In this document: positions 7,628-16,623 of the stretch, one piece after another
How the letters are laid out: every line of letters begins with the position of its first letter
How positions within the stretch are numbered: position 1 is the first letter of the stretch
Virus record (IMG/VR): IMGVR_UViG_3300020044_000979
Coordinates: 1-35,073 of that record
DNA length: 35,073 nucleotides
Reading direction: 5' to 3' (one strand)
From: a virus
Lineage: Duplodnaviria > Caudoviricetes
Position numbers and translations under genes: made by a program
Notes under the pieces: generated by a model
Database searches by the model: none
What the model was told of the DNA's origin: nothing
The model's input: only the letters and a program-made list of their open reading frames with translations

Positions 7628-8143
7628 ATGACAGAAAAAACACATTTTAGAAAAGCCTTTGATTCTCCATATTTGTCAGCGGCAGACATTGTTGGACCAA
7701 CAACTTTGACCATCAAAGAAGTTCGACTCCAGCCAGACAAAACAAAGAAGACCAAAGATTTGTTTAACACGGCATATTTTGCAGAACGAGAAATTCGTGA
7801 AGGCGAAAAACTCAAGCCAATGATTTTGAACAGCACCAACAGCAAGATGTTGAAACAGCTAACTGGCTCGTCCTTTATTGACGATTGGTCAAATGTTGCA
7901 ATTACGGTTTATGTTGATCCTGCTGTGAGATTTGGCAAAGAAACTGTCGAGGGTTTACGCATCAGCGCCATCCCTCCAGAGAAGCGCAAGATTGCAGTCA
8001 AGCAGCAAATTACAGATGACCGTCTTGATGGCGCGATTGTGAAGATTAAAGCTGGAGAGTACACAACGGTTCAACTCAATGAACGGTTTATTTTGTCTGA
8101 ACAACAAGAGAAAAAACTTCAAGAGGCTTTGGCAAATGGTTAA
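7628..8143 (+). CDS. hypothetical protein, putative ssDNA-binding/annealing partner of the exonuclease
   Basis: Start MTEKTHFRKAFDSPYLSAADI; KPMILNSTN motif. Function inferred from position before exonuclease and ssb. Confidence 0.55.
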   Translation: MTEKTHFRKAFDSPYLSAADIVGPTTLTIKEVRLQPDKTKKTKDLFNTAYFAEREIREGEKLKPMILNSTNSKMLKQLTGSSFIDDWSNVAITVYVDPAVRFGKETVEGLRISAIPPEKRKIAVKQQITDDRLDGAIVKIKAGEYTTVQLNERFILSEQQEKKLQEALANG

Positions 8144-8765
8144 ATTTAGAGCATCGTCATTGGCCGAAATAATGACAGACCCAAAAGGCAAAGATGAAGT
8201 TTTGTCTGTTGGAGCAAAGACTGCCATCACAAAAATGGCAAAGCAGTTCATTTATGGCTACGATGAAAACATCAGCAGCAAGTACATGGACAAAGGCATC
8301 AAGGTTGAAGACCGTTCAATTGAGCTTTTGAACTCTGTTCTTTTTACAAGCTACAAAAAGAACACAGAGAGAAAAACCAATCAATGGATCACAGGCGAAT
8401 GTGACGTTGTTGGGGATGGCAAAATTCACGACATCAAATCATCGTGGTCACTGGCAACATTTCCCGTGTTAGCAAGCCAAGGCGAGGATAAAACCTACGA
8501 GTGGCAAGGACGGGCTTACATGATGCTGTGGGACATGGATGAGTTTGAGATTGACTATTGTCTTGTCAACACACCAGATGAACTAATTGGGTACGAAGAT
8601 TACGCGCTCCATTCTGTGGAACACATTGCTCCAGAACTGCGCGTAACCAGAGTCCAATACAAGAGGGACTTGGCCTTGGAAAACAAGATCAAAGTCAAAG
8701 TAGAAGCAGCATGTGATTTCTATGAGCAAATGGTAAAAGAAATCGCACATCAACATACATTCTGA
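8136..8765 (+). CDS. YqaJ/lambda-exonuclease-like PD-(D/E)XK nuclease
   Basis: FRASSL, KGIKVE, ITGECD, DIKSSW, YEWQGRAYM motifs. Confidence 0.8.
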   Translation: MVKFRASSLAEIMTDPKGKDEVLSVGAKTAITKMAKQFIYGYDENISSKYMDKGIKVEDRSIELLNSVLFTSYKKNTERKTNQWITGECDVVGDGKIHDIKSSWSLATFPVLASQGEDKTYEWQGRAYMMLWDMDEFEIDYCLVNTPDELIGYEDYALHSVEHIAPELRVTRVQYKRDLALENKIKVKVEAACDFYEQMVKEIAHQHTF

Positions 8766-8774
8766 AAGATAAAA

Positions 8775-9191
8775 ATGCTCAATCAAGTACAAATCATTGG
8801 ACATCTGGGACGCGATCCAGAAACACGCTTTCTGCCAAGCGGCGAAGCTGTTGCAAATTTCTCAATTGCAACAACTGAAAAATGGAAAGACAAGCAAACT
8901 GGCGAACAAAAAGAACATACAGAGTGGCACAACATCAGCACGTTTGGCCGCTTGTCTGAAATCGTTGGTCAATACTTGCACAAGGGTTCGCTTGTGTATG
9001 TGTCTGGAAAATTAAAGACTCGCAAGTATCAGAAAGATGGTCAAGACCATTACGCAACATCAATCCAATGTCAAGAATTAAAGATGCTTGGTGGAAAGCC
9101 ATCAACATCAAACCAAAGCCAGCCACAATCAAATTCAAGCCCGCAGCATAGCGGTGGATTTGACGACATGGCAGACGACATCCCATTTTGA
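8775..9191 (+). CDS. ssb: single-stranded DNA-binding protein
   Basis: NQVQIIGHLGRDPE..TEWH..KGSLVYVSGKL; acidic C-terminus DDIPF. Confidence 0.97.
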   Translation: MLNQVQIIGHLGRDPETRFLPSGEAVANFSIATTEKWKDKQTGEQKEHTEWHNISTFGRLSEIVGQYLHKGSLVYVSGKLKTRKYQKDGQDHYATSIQCQELKMLGGKPSTSNQSQPQSNSSPQHSGGFDDMADDIPF

Positions 9192-9196
9192 TTTTC

Positions 9197-9272
9197 GGGC
9201 CGAAAGCGGATGCTGCGAAAAGGAAATGAGGCGTTGACCTCTATGTCAGCCGCAGACGCAGCGAGTAGGTCC
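9197..9272 (+). ncRNA. candidate structured RNA with loop-E-like GAA/AGUA motif
   Basis: GGGCC/GGUCC closing stem, GAA opposite AGUA, CUGCG/CGCAG stem, inner GUUGAC/GUCAGC hairpin. Confidence 0.5.
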
Positions 9273-9294
9273 ACCAACTTATCTGAAAGATTAC

Positions 9295-9630
9295 ATGAAC
9301 ACAATCACCATTACAGTCGCCGGAGAAGAGCTGGAGAACTTAAATATCGAGCTTACAGCCGAAGAAGTTGCAGCGCTCTACAAATTGCGGAAAGAGAATG
9401 CAATCCGTGTATCTGGGCTAGAAAAAAAGCTCACCGAGAAAGAGAACAGCCTTAAGTACGCCACCGAAGGCAGAGCAGAGGCGCAGAACGAGTTGTCTCA
9501 AGCTCACACTTTGCTGTCTGCCTTGGGAATTATTGAGAAGACCAATGAAGATGAAAGCTATTACCGAAAACCTCTTTCGGTTAGCACTCGCATTGCTTTA
9601 TATATTGCCCATGCCAAGTCAAGCATTTAA
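9295..9630 (+). CDS. hypothetical coiled-coil protein
   Basis: 111 aa ORF in the early operon. Confidence 0.7.
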   Translation: MNTITITVAGEELENLNIELTAEEVAALYKLRKENAIRVSGLEKKLTEKENSLKYATEGRAEAQNELSQAHTLLSALGIIEKTNEDESYYRKPLSVSTRIALYIAHAKSSI

Positions 9631-9660
9631 TTGCACAATTTTTTAACCACAGGAGAAGAT

Positions 9661-9867
9661 ATGTACTTTGTAGTTGGCCCAAATGGCTATTCTGGATATG
9701 GCAAAACACTTGTAGATGCCCTCAAGGATTTAAGAGAACAAGATGATGAAAACCATGAGTTAAAAACTCTTGAGTTTTACAAAGCTCAACGGATCAATGT
9801 TGAGTTGCGTGAAGTCCCAACACCAGTTGAAGTAACAAAAACAGCCCCAACCAAAACCAAGAAATAA
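9661..9867 (+). CDS. hypothetical protein
   Basis: AGGAG RBS before ATG 9661. Confidence 0.65.
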   Translation: MYFVVGPNGYSGYGKTLVDALKDLREQDDENHELKTLEFYKAQRINVELREVPTPVEVTKTAPTKTKK

Positions 9868-9877
9868 AAGGAAAAAT

Positions 9878-10087
9878 ATGTCTCGTATTTATATTGTCAG
9901 CTATGGTCGTGAAACACGCCTTATCCGTGCCAACACACGCGCACAAGCCTTGAATCACGTTGCCACTGGTGTCATCAATGTTGACATCCCAACACAAGAC
10001 CAATTGGTTGATCTTGTTGCCAAAGGCCAATCGGTTGAGAGCGCCATGAGGCAAGAAAACGCAGAACTTCCACTGGAGCAAGCATGA
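9878..10087 (+). CDS. hypothetical protein
   Basis: AAGGA RBS; RIYIV..RLIRANTRAQALNHVA. Confidence 0.7.
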   Translation: MSRIYIVSYGRETRLIRANTRAQALNHVATGVINVDIPTQDQLVDLVAKGQSVESAMRQENAELPLEQA

Positions 10088-10389
10088 GCTACGCAGATGT
10101 TGAAATCAAAATCATCCAGTGGGCTGAAGCTCGGAAGATCATTCCAAATTCAACCCCTGACACTCAGCTTCTCAAAGCAATGTCTGAGCTTGGCGAGTTG
10201 GCCGATGCAACCATCAAGAAAGACCGCGCAGGCATCGTTGATGGCGTTGGCGATGTGATGGTTTGCTTGGTCAACTATTGCGCCCTGCAAGACATCAATT
10301 TGGTGAGTTGCATGGAAGAAGCCTATGCCGAAATCAAGCACCGCAAAGGCACTCTGATGCCCAATGGTGTGTTTGTTAAGGAGGCGTGA
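10084..10389 (+). CDS. MazG-like NTP pyrophosphohydrolase
   Basis: QWAEARKI..QLLKAMSELGELADA..DGVGD..AYAEIKHRKG..NGVFVKE. Confidence 0.85.
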   Translation: MSYADVEIKIIQWAEARKIIPNSTPDTQLLKAMSELGELADATIKKDRAGIVDGVGDVMVCLVNYCALQDINLVSCMEEAYAEIKHRKGTLMPNGVFVKEA

Positions 10390-10679
10390 TGCTTTGTTTA
10401 GCTTGCCAACCAGTCGGCTCTTGCGGAGGTGGAAGTTTGTGCCCAAAGTTCACGGAATCTGCCCTTGATAAGCAAGTCTCGGGCAATCACTACAAAGACA
10501 AAGGAATTCAGCCAATTGTCTATATTCACGCCAACAATCTGGGTTTTTGTGAGGGCAATGTCATTAAGTACGTTACCCGTCATAAAGATAAAAACGGTGC
10601 AGCCGACATCAAGAAGGCTATCCACTACCTAGAACTGCTGCTTGAGTTGCAGTACAAAGATGAATCCACTTCTGTTTGA
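10386..10679 (+). CDS. DUF3310 (SaV-like / T7 gp1.7-like) protein
   Basis: QVSGNHY..IQP..GFCEGNVIKYVTRHKDKNG..DIKKAIHYL. Confidence 0.85.
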   Translation: MMLCLACQPVGSCGGGSLCPKFTESALDKQVSGNHYKDKGIQPIVYIHANNLGFCEGNVIKYVTRHKDKNGAADIKKAIHYLELLLELQYKDESTSV

Positions 10680-10869
10680 TGTCTGTCGGTGTGATCCTGA
10701 ATCACCCGATAACTTCTGCAAGAACTGCAAGCGTTGGCTCAGTCACCCTGAACAAGTGACTGGACCACGCACTCCAGTTGTGACTGTAGAAACAAGCGCA
10801 TCAGAGGCTTGTTGCTATATACCAATCAGCCTTCAGCCATCTTTAAAGCAACCTGTTCAACCTCGTTGA
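10660..10869 (+). CDS. Cys-rich hypothetical protein
   Basis: DVCRC..CKNCKRW..C; overlaps the 3' end of the convergent endolysin. Confidence 0.55.
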   Translation: MNPLLFDVCRCDPESPDNFCKNCKRWLSHPEQVTGPRTPVVTVETSASEACCYIPISLQPSLKQPVQPR

Positions 10870-11341
10870 CCCTGCGGCTCCAACCCTTGCCGAACGTACC
10901 CCAAGTAGGCAAGTCCATCAAGAACGACAGACGGCGCTTTGAGTAGTCTTGAACCAAATCCTTTGGAACAATGGCACTCACTGCCGCCAATGTCTTTGGA
11001 CCAATCCCGCCATCAGGATCAACGCCAGCACAAGACTGCAAGAACTTGGCTGCTCGTCCGGGGCCACTGTTAATGGCGCAGTCAAACACAACATAATCAA
11101 CGCCTGATGGCAATTCATCGCCTTTGATCTTGTCCCAGTATTTTGCTCTATACAAAGGCGCAACAATGGCCGGGTTCAATTTACGCATCTGCTTTTCATC
11201 AACAGGATGCCCAACCCATTCTTCCCAAACTGCTTTGGTTACACCCAAGTTAGTCATGCCGCCGGGGTCAAGTTCGTGATGAACAAAACCGCCCTCATGC
11301 ACAAACAATTTTTGCAGGCATTCAGCAAAATTCTGTTTCAT
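10826..11341 (-). CDS. endolysin, glycosyl hydrolase 108 with peptidoglycan-binding C-terminus
   Basis: HEGGFV..DPGGMTNLGVT, YRAKYWD, FDCAINSG, DGGIGPKT, FGKGWSRRV. Confidence 0.93.
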   Translation of the reverse strand: MKQNFAECLQKLFVHEGGFVHHELDPGGMTNLGVTKAVWEEWVGHPVDEKQMRKLNPAIVAPLYRAKYWDKIKGDELPSGVDYVVFDCAINSGPGRAAKFLQSCAGVDPDGGIGPKTLAAVSAIVPKDLVQDYSKRRLSFLMDLPTWGTFGKGWSRRVNEVEQVALKMAEG

Positions 11342-11706
11342 TTTGATTTGCGAGAGTAAAAAAGAGTTCTGTCGCCAAAGAGATAAAAGCCAATAGCACT
11401 GGCAAAGTTATCAACTGACTCGTTTTGGATGTTGTTTAGCTTTAGGTAAGCCCATGTGCCAAGAATGATGATGCCAACACAAGGCCGCATCAGCCTTACA
11501 GCAGCTTCAACCCAAGGGTATGAGGGATTGGAGCCGCCAGCCTCGTTCATGGCCTTGAACAGCTCAAGATCAAGCTGCTTCATCTTGATGTATTCATCCA
11601 CGTTGACTGGCTTGTAACCATCAGCTTGAATGAACCTGCCAATCAAAGATTTTCCAAGATCAACAGCAAGTGGTCCTAAAGCAGCAAGGATGGTAATTGG
11701 GTCCAT
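11338..11706 (-). CDS. putative holin
   Basis: Hydrophobic segments, RP motif, GFYLFGDRT C-terminus; coupled to the endolysin. Confidence 0.65.
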   Translation of the reverse strand: MDPITILAALGPLAVDLGKSLIGRFIQADGYKPVNVDEYIKMKQLDLELFKAMNEAGGSNPSYPWVEAAVRLMRPCVGIIILGTWAYLKLNNIQNESVDNFASAIGFYLFGDRTLFYSRKSK

Positions 11707-11709
11707 TTT

Positions 11710-11802
11710 TCACCAGTACAAAGTGTAAAAAATACGCAAGCACCAAATCACTAGAAGCAAAATAAATGCTGCTGCAAGAAAGGCAACAGCAAAGTCTTTC
11801 AT
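11710..11802 (-). CDS. 30-aa single-TM peptide in the lysis cassette (not in ORF track)
   Basis: MKDFAVAFLAAAFILLLVIWCLRIFYTLYW; ATGA coupling. Confidence 0.55.
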   Translation of the reverse strand: MKDFAVAFLAAAFILLLVIWCLRIFYTLYW

Positions 11803-12023
11803 GCCTTGTCGGCCTTGCCGTCCAGCTTATCAAAAATCTGCTTCAAAATTGATTTGACCTCGGCAATGTCTGCCCGGTAATCATCTTTTGCAACATAAAC
11901 ATGTGGAAGATCATTTACTTTGTCTTCCAATTTTTGAATCGTTCGAGTCAAACTGTTGATGAGATAGATCGCCAAAAACCCTGCAACGGATACTACGATG
12001 TTAAAGAGTTGTTGGTTGTCCAT
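11799..12023 (-). CDS. membrane protein (N-terminal TM plus coiled coil), lysis-associated
   Basis: LFNIVVSVAGFLAIYLI TM segment; YVAKDDYR..IFDKLDGKADK. Confidence 0.7.
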   Translation of the reverse strand: MDNQQLFNIVVSVAGFLAIYLINSLTRTIQKLEDKVNDLPHVYVAKDDYRADIAEVKSILKQIFDKLDGKADKA

Positions 12024-12024
12024 G

Positions 12025-12570
12025 TCATCGCATCCTTGGGCCGGTGAGCCAAATCACGGCAGAGTTTCTGATACCCGAAATTATAGGGATAACCCGATGT
12101 TGCAACATAGATGGAAAAGCAATAATTTGACCTTTTTGCATATCAACTTTGTAATCCTGATACAACTGGATTTCAAGATCACCACCTTCATATTCGGTGG
12201 GGTCACTCATAAGGCAAATGACGCTGACTTTGCGGTCCAATGGCTGGCCTGAAAGCGGAAAGGTGTCCATGTGCCAGCCGTAGTGGCCTTTGGGGCCGTA
12301 TGAGCCGAATTGGACGTTCTCATGGCCTGTCAGTTCATAGTTCCAGCCAGCAGATTGATTTGCCGCCACCCCATGCTGGTACATGATGCCGCCAAACCAA
12401 TGGTTGTCAGGGGCAAAACGCAGAACTGTGTCGCGGTGAGTCTTGTCCTCATACTCGCCATTTGCGCCCATAGACGCAGACTGCGGCTCAATAGCCATAA
12501 ACTCCCGAGCAGCCGCATCACATACGTCTGTCGGGATTTGGCCCATGTACCAAATGGGAAGGTGTGTCAT
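12025..12570 (-). CDS. 2OG-Fe(II) oxygenase (prolyl-4-hydroxylase/PKHD-like)
   Basis: HYGWHMD (HxD), [24 protein letters not shown] (distal His and 2OG-binding Arg). Confidence 0.9.
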   Translation of the reverse strand: MTHLPIWYMGQIPTDVCDAAAREFMAIEPQSASMGANGEYEDKTHRDTVLRFAPDNHWFGGIMYQHGVAANQSAGWNYELTGHENVQFGSYGPKGHYGWHMDTFPLSGQPLDRKVSVICLMSDPTEYEGGDLEIQLYQDYKVDMQKGQIIAFPSMLQHRVIPIISGIRNSAVIWLTGPRMR

Positions 12571-15500
12571 GTCTTGTCTTTCAGTTGTTGTTCAAGCGCA
12601 AGGATTCGCTGTGCAAGTTTAATGCAAGAAACCAAAGCGGCGTTTGCATAAGCGACTGACAGCTTTCCATCTGAACCAAGCAAAACTGAATTTGGAAGCA
12701 GAGGCTGCAACGATTGAGCCGACACGCCATCTTGCGTCAACTCTTGGTCAACCCTGTCGTATGTGCCACTTTTCACAAGAGCCAGCAAGTCAACAAAGTT
12801 GTCTGGAAGGTCGCGCCAATTGGTCTTCAAAGACTCATCCGAGTTATGGATGACTGAGCCGCCAACCGTCAAGTTTGTGCCGTTAAATGTTAAGTTGGCA
12901 GAGCCTGCGGCAGAGCCAGCATTGTTATAAATAACTTGCGTGTTTGAGCCAGCAACAGGTCCGGGTGGGCCTACTGGACCAGTTGGACCAGTAGCGCCTG
13001 TTGGACCAGTTGGACCAGTTGGTCCGGGGCCACCAGTCAAACCCGTTGGGCCAGTTGGCCCCGGAGCACCAGTCGGTCCAGTTGCGCCGGTAGGGCCGGT
13101 AGGGCCAGTCGCACCAGTTGGGCCAATTGGGATGCCAAAGTTAAATACAGCAGCAGACGATGTGCCACTGTTTGTCACAGTAGCCGCGCTACCCGCTGTC
13201 AAGTTTGTAGTTGTGCCAACGGCAATTGTTGCAGCAGTACCTGTTGCGCCAGTTGGACCAGTTGGCCCTGTAGGGCCAGTAAGACCAGTGTTACCCTGAA
13301 TGCCTTGTGGGCCTGTTGGTCCAGTAGGACCAGTCGCGCCTTGAGGAATGGTGAAGTTAAATATCGCAGCAGAAGATGTACCGCTGTTGGTCACAGAAGC
13401 AGAAGTTCCAGCGGCTCCAGTTGTTGTCGTGCCAGCAGCCACAGTCGCGGCAGTGCCTGTTGCGCCTATTGGGCCTGTTGGTCCAGTAGGACCAGTTGGT
13501 CCAGTTGCGCCTGTTGGACCAGTTGGGCCAACCAGTGCAAGTTGCGATACGGTTGCTTTACGGGTTGCGCCAGCAGACACATCATAAAAAGCAATCAGGT
13601 CAGACGACTGTGTTGCAGGCTCAGAAATCAAGCCATTGATATTCAGGTCATTTGATGTGTCGGCAGTGTCAGCAGTTGTCGCATTGCCGGAGATGTTGAT
13701 TGCCCATGTGCCAGTTGCGTTTGTGCCGCTTACCGATGGAGCACCAACATCAGCATAGCCAAGAACAACAGTGCCTGTCTGGCCGTTTACAGAGGTTACA
13801 GCATCAGTGTTGTCAATCTTTTGCCAAGCAGTGCCACTGAACACAATCCAGTCGCCAGTAACCCATCCAGAAATGCCATCAATGGTTGTGTTGCCAGAAA
13901 CGCTCACAACATAGTAATGACCTTTTGTGCCAACGCCAGATGTGATTGTTGGCGTGTTGGTGGAGGCGTTCCATGTGCCTTCGTAAGTCAAAGCGCCTTG
14001 CAATGATGCGGGAATTTGAGACAAAGGGACTGTGCCACTTGAGTCCAGAGTTGCCACGCCGTTGGCAGCGCCAGCAGTCAGGACGGCGGCAGAGCCAAGA
14101 CCAAGATTGTCACGCGCATCGGATGCGTTATTAGCACCAGTTCCACCGTTTGCGACAGGCAAAACACCAGTCACACCAGTGCTAAGTGGCAAGCCAGTTG
14201 CACCAGACAAAATGGGCGCGTTTGACTTCTCCCACAAACTGTTAACCGAGTTGTAAACAAGCGTCTGTCCGTTTGTTGGAGATTGAGCAGACACGTTATG
14301 CAACTCATCCATCTCATATCCGTTTTGCACACGAACATAAATTTGACCGTTGCCTGAGTTGGCGCGTTCAACAACACCCATGTAAACAAGGTGACTTGGA
14401 GCGTATTGCTTGATGTTTGTCAGCGAGCCGGGAGTTGACCCCAAGTACAAAGAATCACCCGAGGAAAACGATGACAGGTTCAAGCCTTCAATTACGCCTT
14501 GACACATAACAAAGCCAGTCTGACCAGCAGCGATGGCTTGATTGGCAAGGCCAAGTGTCTTGGCGGATGTCGGATCACCTGAGTTGTTTGCCAGCTTGAC
14601 AGTGGCTCTGTCGCCTTGTGCGGAAAACAAATAAACTGCTTGTCCCTTTTGAATGGTCACTGACTCTGCGTTGGTGACGCGAGCAAGGATTGATTGACCA
14701 ATGCGAACAACGCCGTCAGCAAGAGCATTGAAGGCAATAGTTCCTTGGTCTGCGTCCCAAACCATCTTGCCAACACCGGGCGCTTCAGTGACTGTCGTGT
14801 CAATCTGAACGTAGTCACCAGTGAAGCTGTTGCCTGCAATGTTGTTGTTGTCGTCAATGATGACACCAGAGTTCTGAATGGTCGAACCACTGGTTCCATC
14901 AAAGCGAGGCACAGCGTTGTCAGTTGCTGTTGGCGACTTAGCAACAAAACTGGTTGACGGAACGAATGCTGTCTCCCATGCCGTGCCGTTGTAGGTACGC
15001 ATGACATTGTTGACTGTGTTCCAATACAAAGCACCAGTGATAAGCGGGTTGCCATCATTGTCTGTTGCAGGGTCGGCGTTCTTTGCGCCAAGGTATCTGT
15101 CATCAAAGTTGTCGTACAGGGCAGCAGCATTTGCTTCAGACAAGGCAGCAGCGTTTTCAGAAACTAATGCGGCGGCAGCACTATCAGCAGCATCTGAGGC
15201 ACTTGCAACGGCAGCGGCAGCTTCAGCAGGAGCAGCAATGATTGCAGCCATGTTGACATTGCAGTTGTCAATTGCAGCCAAGTTTGCATAGACAGCATTG
15301 ATGGCAGTCAGATCGCCAGCAACAGCCGTGATGCTGACCATGTTGTTTTCAATGTCAATCAGGATTGCGCTGCTGACACCGATTGGGCCAATTTGCTCTT
15401 GAATGCCGTTTGAGTAAACAATGTCAAGATATGCAAAATCATCAATGTCAACTACGGTAATGCTTTCGATGCCGTTGCCTGCAACGCCACGGTCAATGTT

Positions 15501-15578
15501 GATGACCTGATCTGGCGTAGGAGTAACTTGGACGTTGATGTTGTTGCCGTCAATAACGGTGACATTCAGATTAGCCAT
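12567..15578 (-). CDS. tail fibre with collagen-like repeats and C-terminal S74-type intramolecular chaperone
   Basis: Ala-rich stalk, [14 protein letters not shown] repeats, SDESLKTN cleavage motif, terminal coiled coil. Confidence 0.85.
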   Translation of the reverse strand: MANLNVTVIDGNNINVQVTPTPDQVINIDRGVAGNGIESITVVDIDDFAYLDIVYSNGIQEQIGPIGVSSAILIDIENNMVSITAVAGDLTAINAVYANLAAIDNCNVNMAAIIAAPAEAAAAVASASDAADSAAAALVSENAAALSEANAAALYDNFDDRYLGAKNADPATDNDGNPLITGALYWNTVNNVMRTYNGTAWETAFVPSTSFVAKSPTATDNAVPRFDGTSGSTIQNSGVIIDDNNNIAGNSFTGDYVQIDTTVTEAPGVGKMVWDADQGTIAFNALADGVVRIGQSILARVTNAESVTIQKGQAVYLFSAQGDRATVKLANNSGDPTSAKTLGLANQAIAAGQTGFVMCQGVIEGLNLSSFSSGDSLYLGSTPGSLTNIKQYAPSHLVYMGVVERANSGNGQIYVRVQNGYEMDELHNVSAQSPTNGQTLVYNSVNSLWEKSNAPILSGATGLPLSTGVTGVLPVANGGTGANNASDARDNLGLGSAAVLTAGAANGVATLDSSGTVPLSQIPASLQGALTYEGTWNASTNTPTITSGVGTKGHYYVVSVSGNTTIDGISGWVTGDWIVFSGTAWQKIDNTDAVTSVNGQTGTVVLGYADVGAPSVSGTNATGTWAINISGNATTADTADTSNDLNINGLISEPATQSSDLIAFYDVSAGATRKATVSQLALVGPTGPTGATGPTGPTGPTGPIGATGTAATVAAGTTTTGAAGTSASVTNSGTSSAAIFNFTIPQGATGPTGPTGPQGIQGNTGLTGPTGPTGPTGATGTAATIAVGTTTNLTAGSAATVTNSGTSSAAVFNFGIPIGPTGATGPTGPTGATGPTGAPGPTGPTGLTGGPGPTGPTGPTGATGPTGPVGPPGPVAGSNTQVIYNNAGSAAGSANLTFNGTNLTVGGSVIHNSDESLKTNWRDLPDNFVDLLALVKSGTYDRVDQELTQDGVSAQSLQPLLPNSVLLGSDGKLSVAYANAALVSCIKLAQRILALEQQLKDKT
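12954..13529 (-). repeat. three Gly-X-Thr collagen runs separated by two copies of a ~38-aa spacer
   Basis: (GPT/GAT)n. Spacers [37 protein letters not shown] and [37 protein letters not shown]. Confidence 0.92.
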
Positions 15579-15587
15579 AACTTCCCC

Positions 15588-16085
15588 TTAAACAGATGCA
15601 GTGGTGTTGACAACACCATCAGAGCGAACAAGAAACAACAAAAAGATGATTGAATCATCTTGAGGCGTTCCACCTCCAGCGGGGAAGCTAATTTTGATTC
15701 GTCCAGAAAAGCCAATAGGAACATTGGCAGAGATGTCCAATTCAGGATCGCCTGCAATGACATCCCAAGATGTTTGGTCAATCACAAGCGTAAATGAGCC
15801 AGCAGCATCATTACGGTTTGTGATCGTCAAAGGCACAGGAGTTGGGGGAGGGCTGTAGTCTGTAATGTCAAAAGTCAAGCCACTGCGAGTATCTTGAATG
15901 TTGCTCAATAAGCGGCGAACAATCTGCGCGTTAATTGTTGCGCCAGTCAAGTCAACAGGAGTGCTGCCAGAGCCTGTGAACACAAGGTTCCAGTAGGTCT
16001 GTTGTTGATAGACCAATTCGCCAGCAATGATGGGGTTATCAAACCCAGACACTTGTGTAAGTGTGTTTTTGTTAAAGACAGCCAT
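15588..16085 (-). CDS. virion protein, putative fibre adaptor (BppU-N-like)
   Basis: Start MAVFNKN; PVDLTGATINAQI motif; directly precedes the fibre gene. Confidence 0.6.
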   Translation of the reverse strand: MAVFNKNTLTQVSGFDNPIIAGELVYQQQTYWNLVFTGSGSTPVDLTGATINAQIVRRLLSNIQDTRSGLTFDITDYSPPPTPVPLTITNRNDAAGSFTLVIDQTSWDVIAGDPELDISANVPIGFSGRIKISFPAGGGTPQDDSIIFLLFLVRSDGVVNTTASV

Positions 16086-16140
16086 TAAATTCCCCAAAGC
16101 TCGGGTGGTGACGCTTCCCGCCTACTGGCAGGGCTACGAT

Positions 16141-16153
16141 GTTGTCTTGTATT
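16141..16153 (-). promoter_or_regulatory. late-gene motif AATACAAGACAAC, copy 1
   Basis: Same 13-mer at 27484-27496; one mismatch at 32191-32203. Confidence 0.55.
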
Positions 16154-16157
16154 TGAG

Positions 16158-16184
16158 AAAATTATGGCTCATTACGAGCCATAA
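16158..16184 (-). terminator. hairpin, putative terminator
   Basis: TTATGGCTC-5nt-GAGCCATAA followed by a short T run, just after the stop of 16186-16614. Confidence 0.5.
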
Positions 16185-16185
16185 A

Positions 16186-16614
16186 TTAAACTGACCAAAC
16201 GGCAGTTGGCTCAGTCGGCCAATCTAAATTCCCCTCTACGGGGGTTACGGCAACAGCTCGCAACCAAGCGCGATACGTCAAAAACGCATCCCGATTTGTT
16301 AAGTGCGGTGTAGTTGCAGGATTGTACACATCGGGTTGGTTTACCCAATCAGTTGCTGCAAGACAACGCTCTGCTTCTGTTTTGTTTTGAACAGATGTGT
16401 TGATGTGAGGTGTCGGCGAAACGTAGGCAGAAATAGGGCCGAATTCGCCAGCAATACAACGAGAAAAAATCTCGTGCGTGTGCGCTATATCGCCAGATGC
16501 CACAGCTCCAAAAGAAACATAATTTTCATCAAGCTCTTCAAAATCAACCTCGCACTCAATAACTGAATGGTTGGAATCGGCCCATTTTGGATTTTTTACA
16601 TTATTTACTTTCAT
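16186..16614 (-). CDS. tail fibre assembly chaperone-like protein
   Basis: NPKWAD..IECEVDF..GEFGPISAY; LAATDW..YRAWLR..WPTEP C-terminus. Confidence 0.7.
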   Translation of the reverse strand: MKVNNVKNPKWADSNHSVIECEVDFEELDENYVSFGAVASGDIAHTHEIFSRCIAGEFGPISAYVSPTPHINTSVQNKTEAERCLAATDWVNQPDVYNPATTPHLTNRDAFLTYRAWLRAVAVTPVEGNLDWPTEPTAVWSV

Positions 16615-16623
16615 GATTTTTCC

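Noticed and set aside
9197-9272. tRNA or hammerhead ribozyme reading of the post-ssb structure
   Set aside because: No T-loop (TTCRA), no cloverleaf and no CUGANGA core.
12940-13587. Plus-strand GPV-repeat ORFs and 9-bp tandem DNA repeats (second collagen gene or CRISPR-like array)
   Set aside because: Antisense shadow of the GPT codons; no constant repeat with unique spacers.
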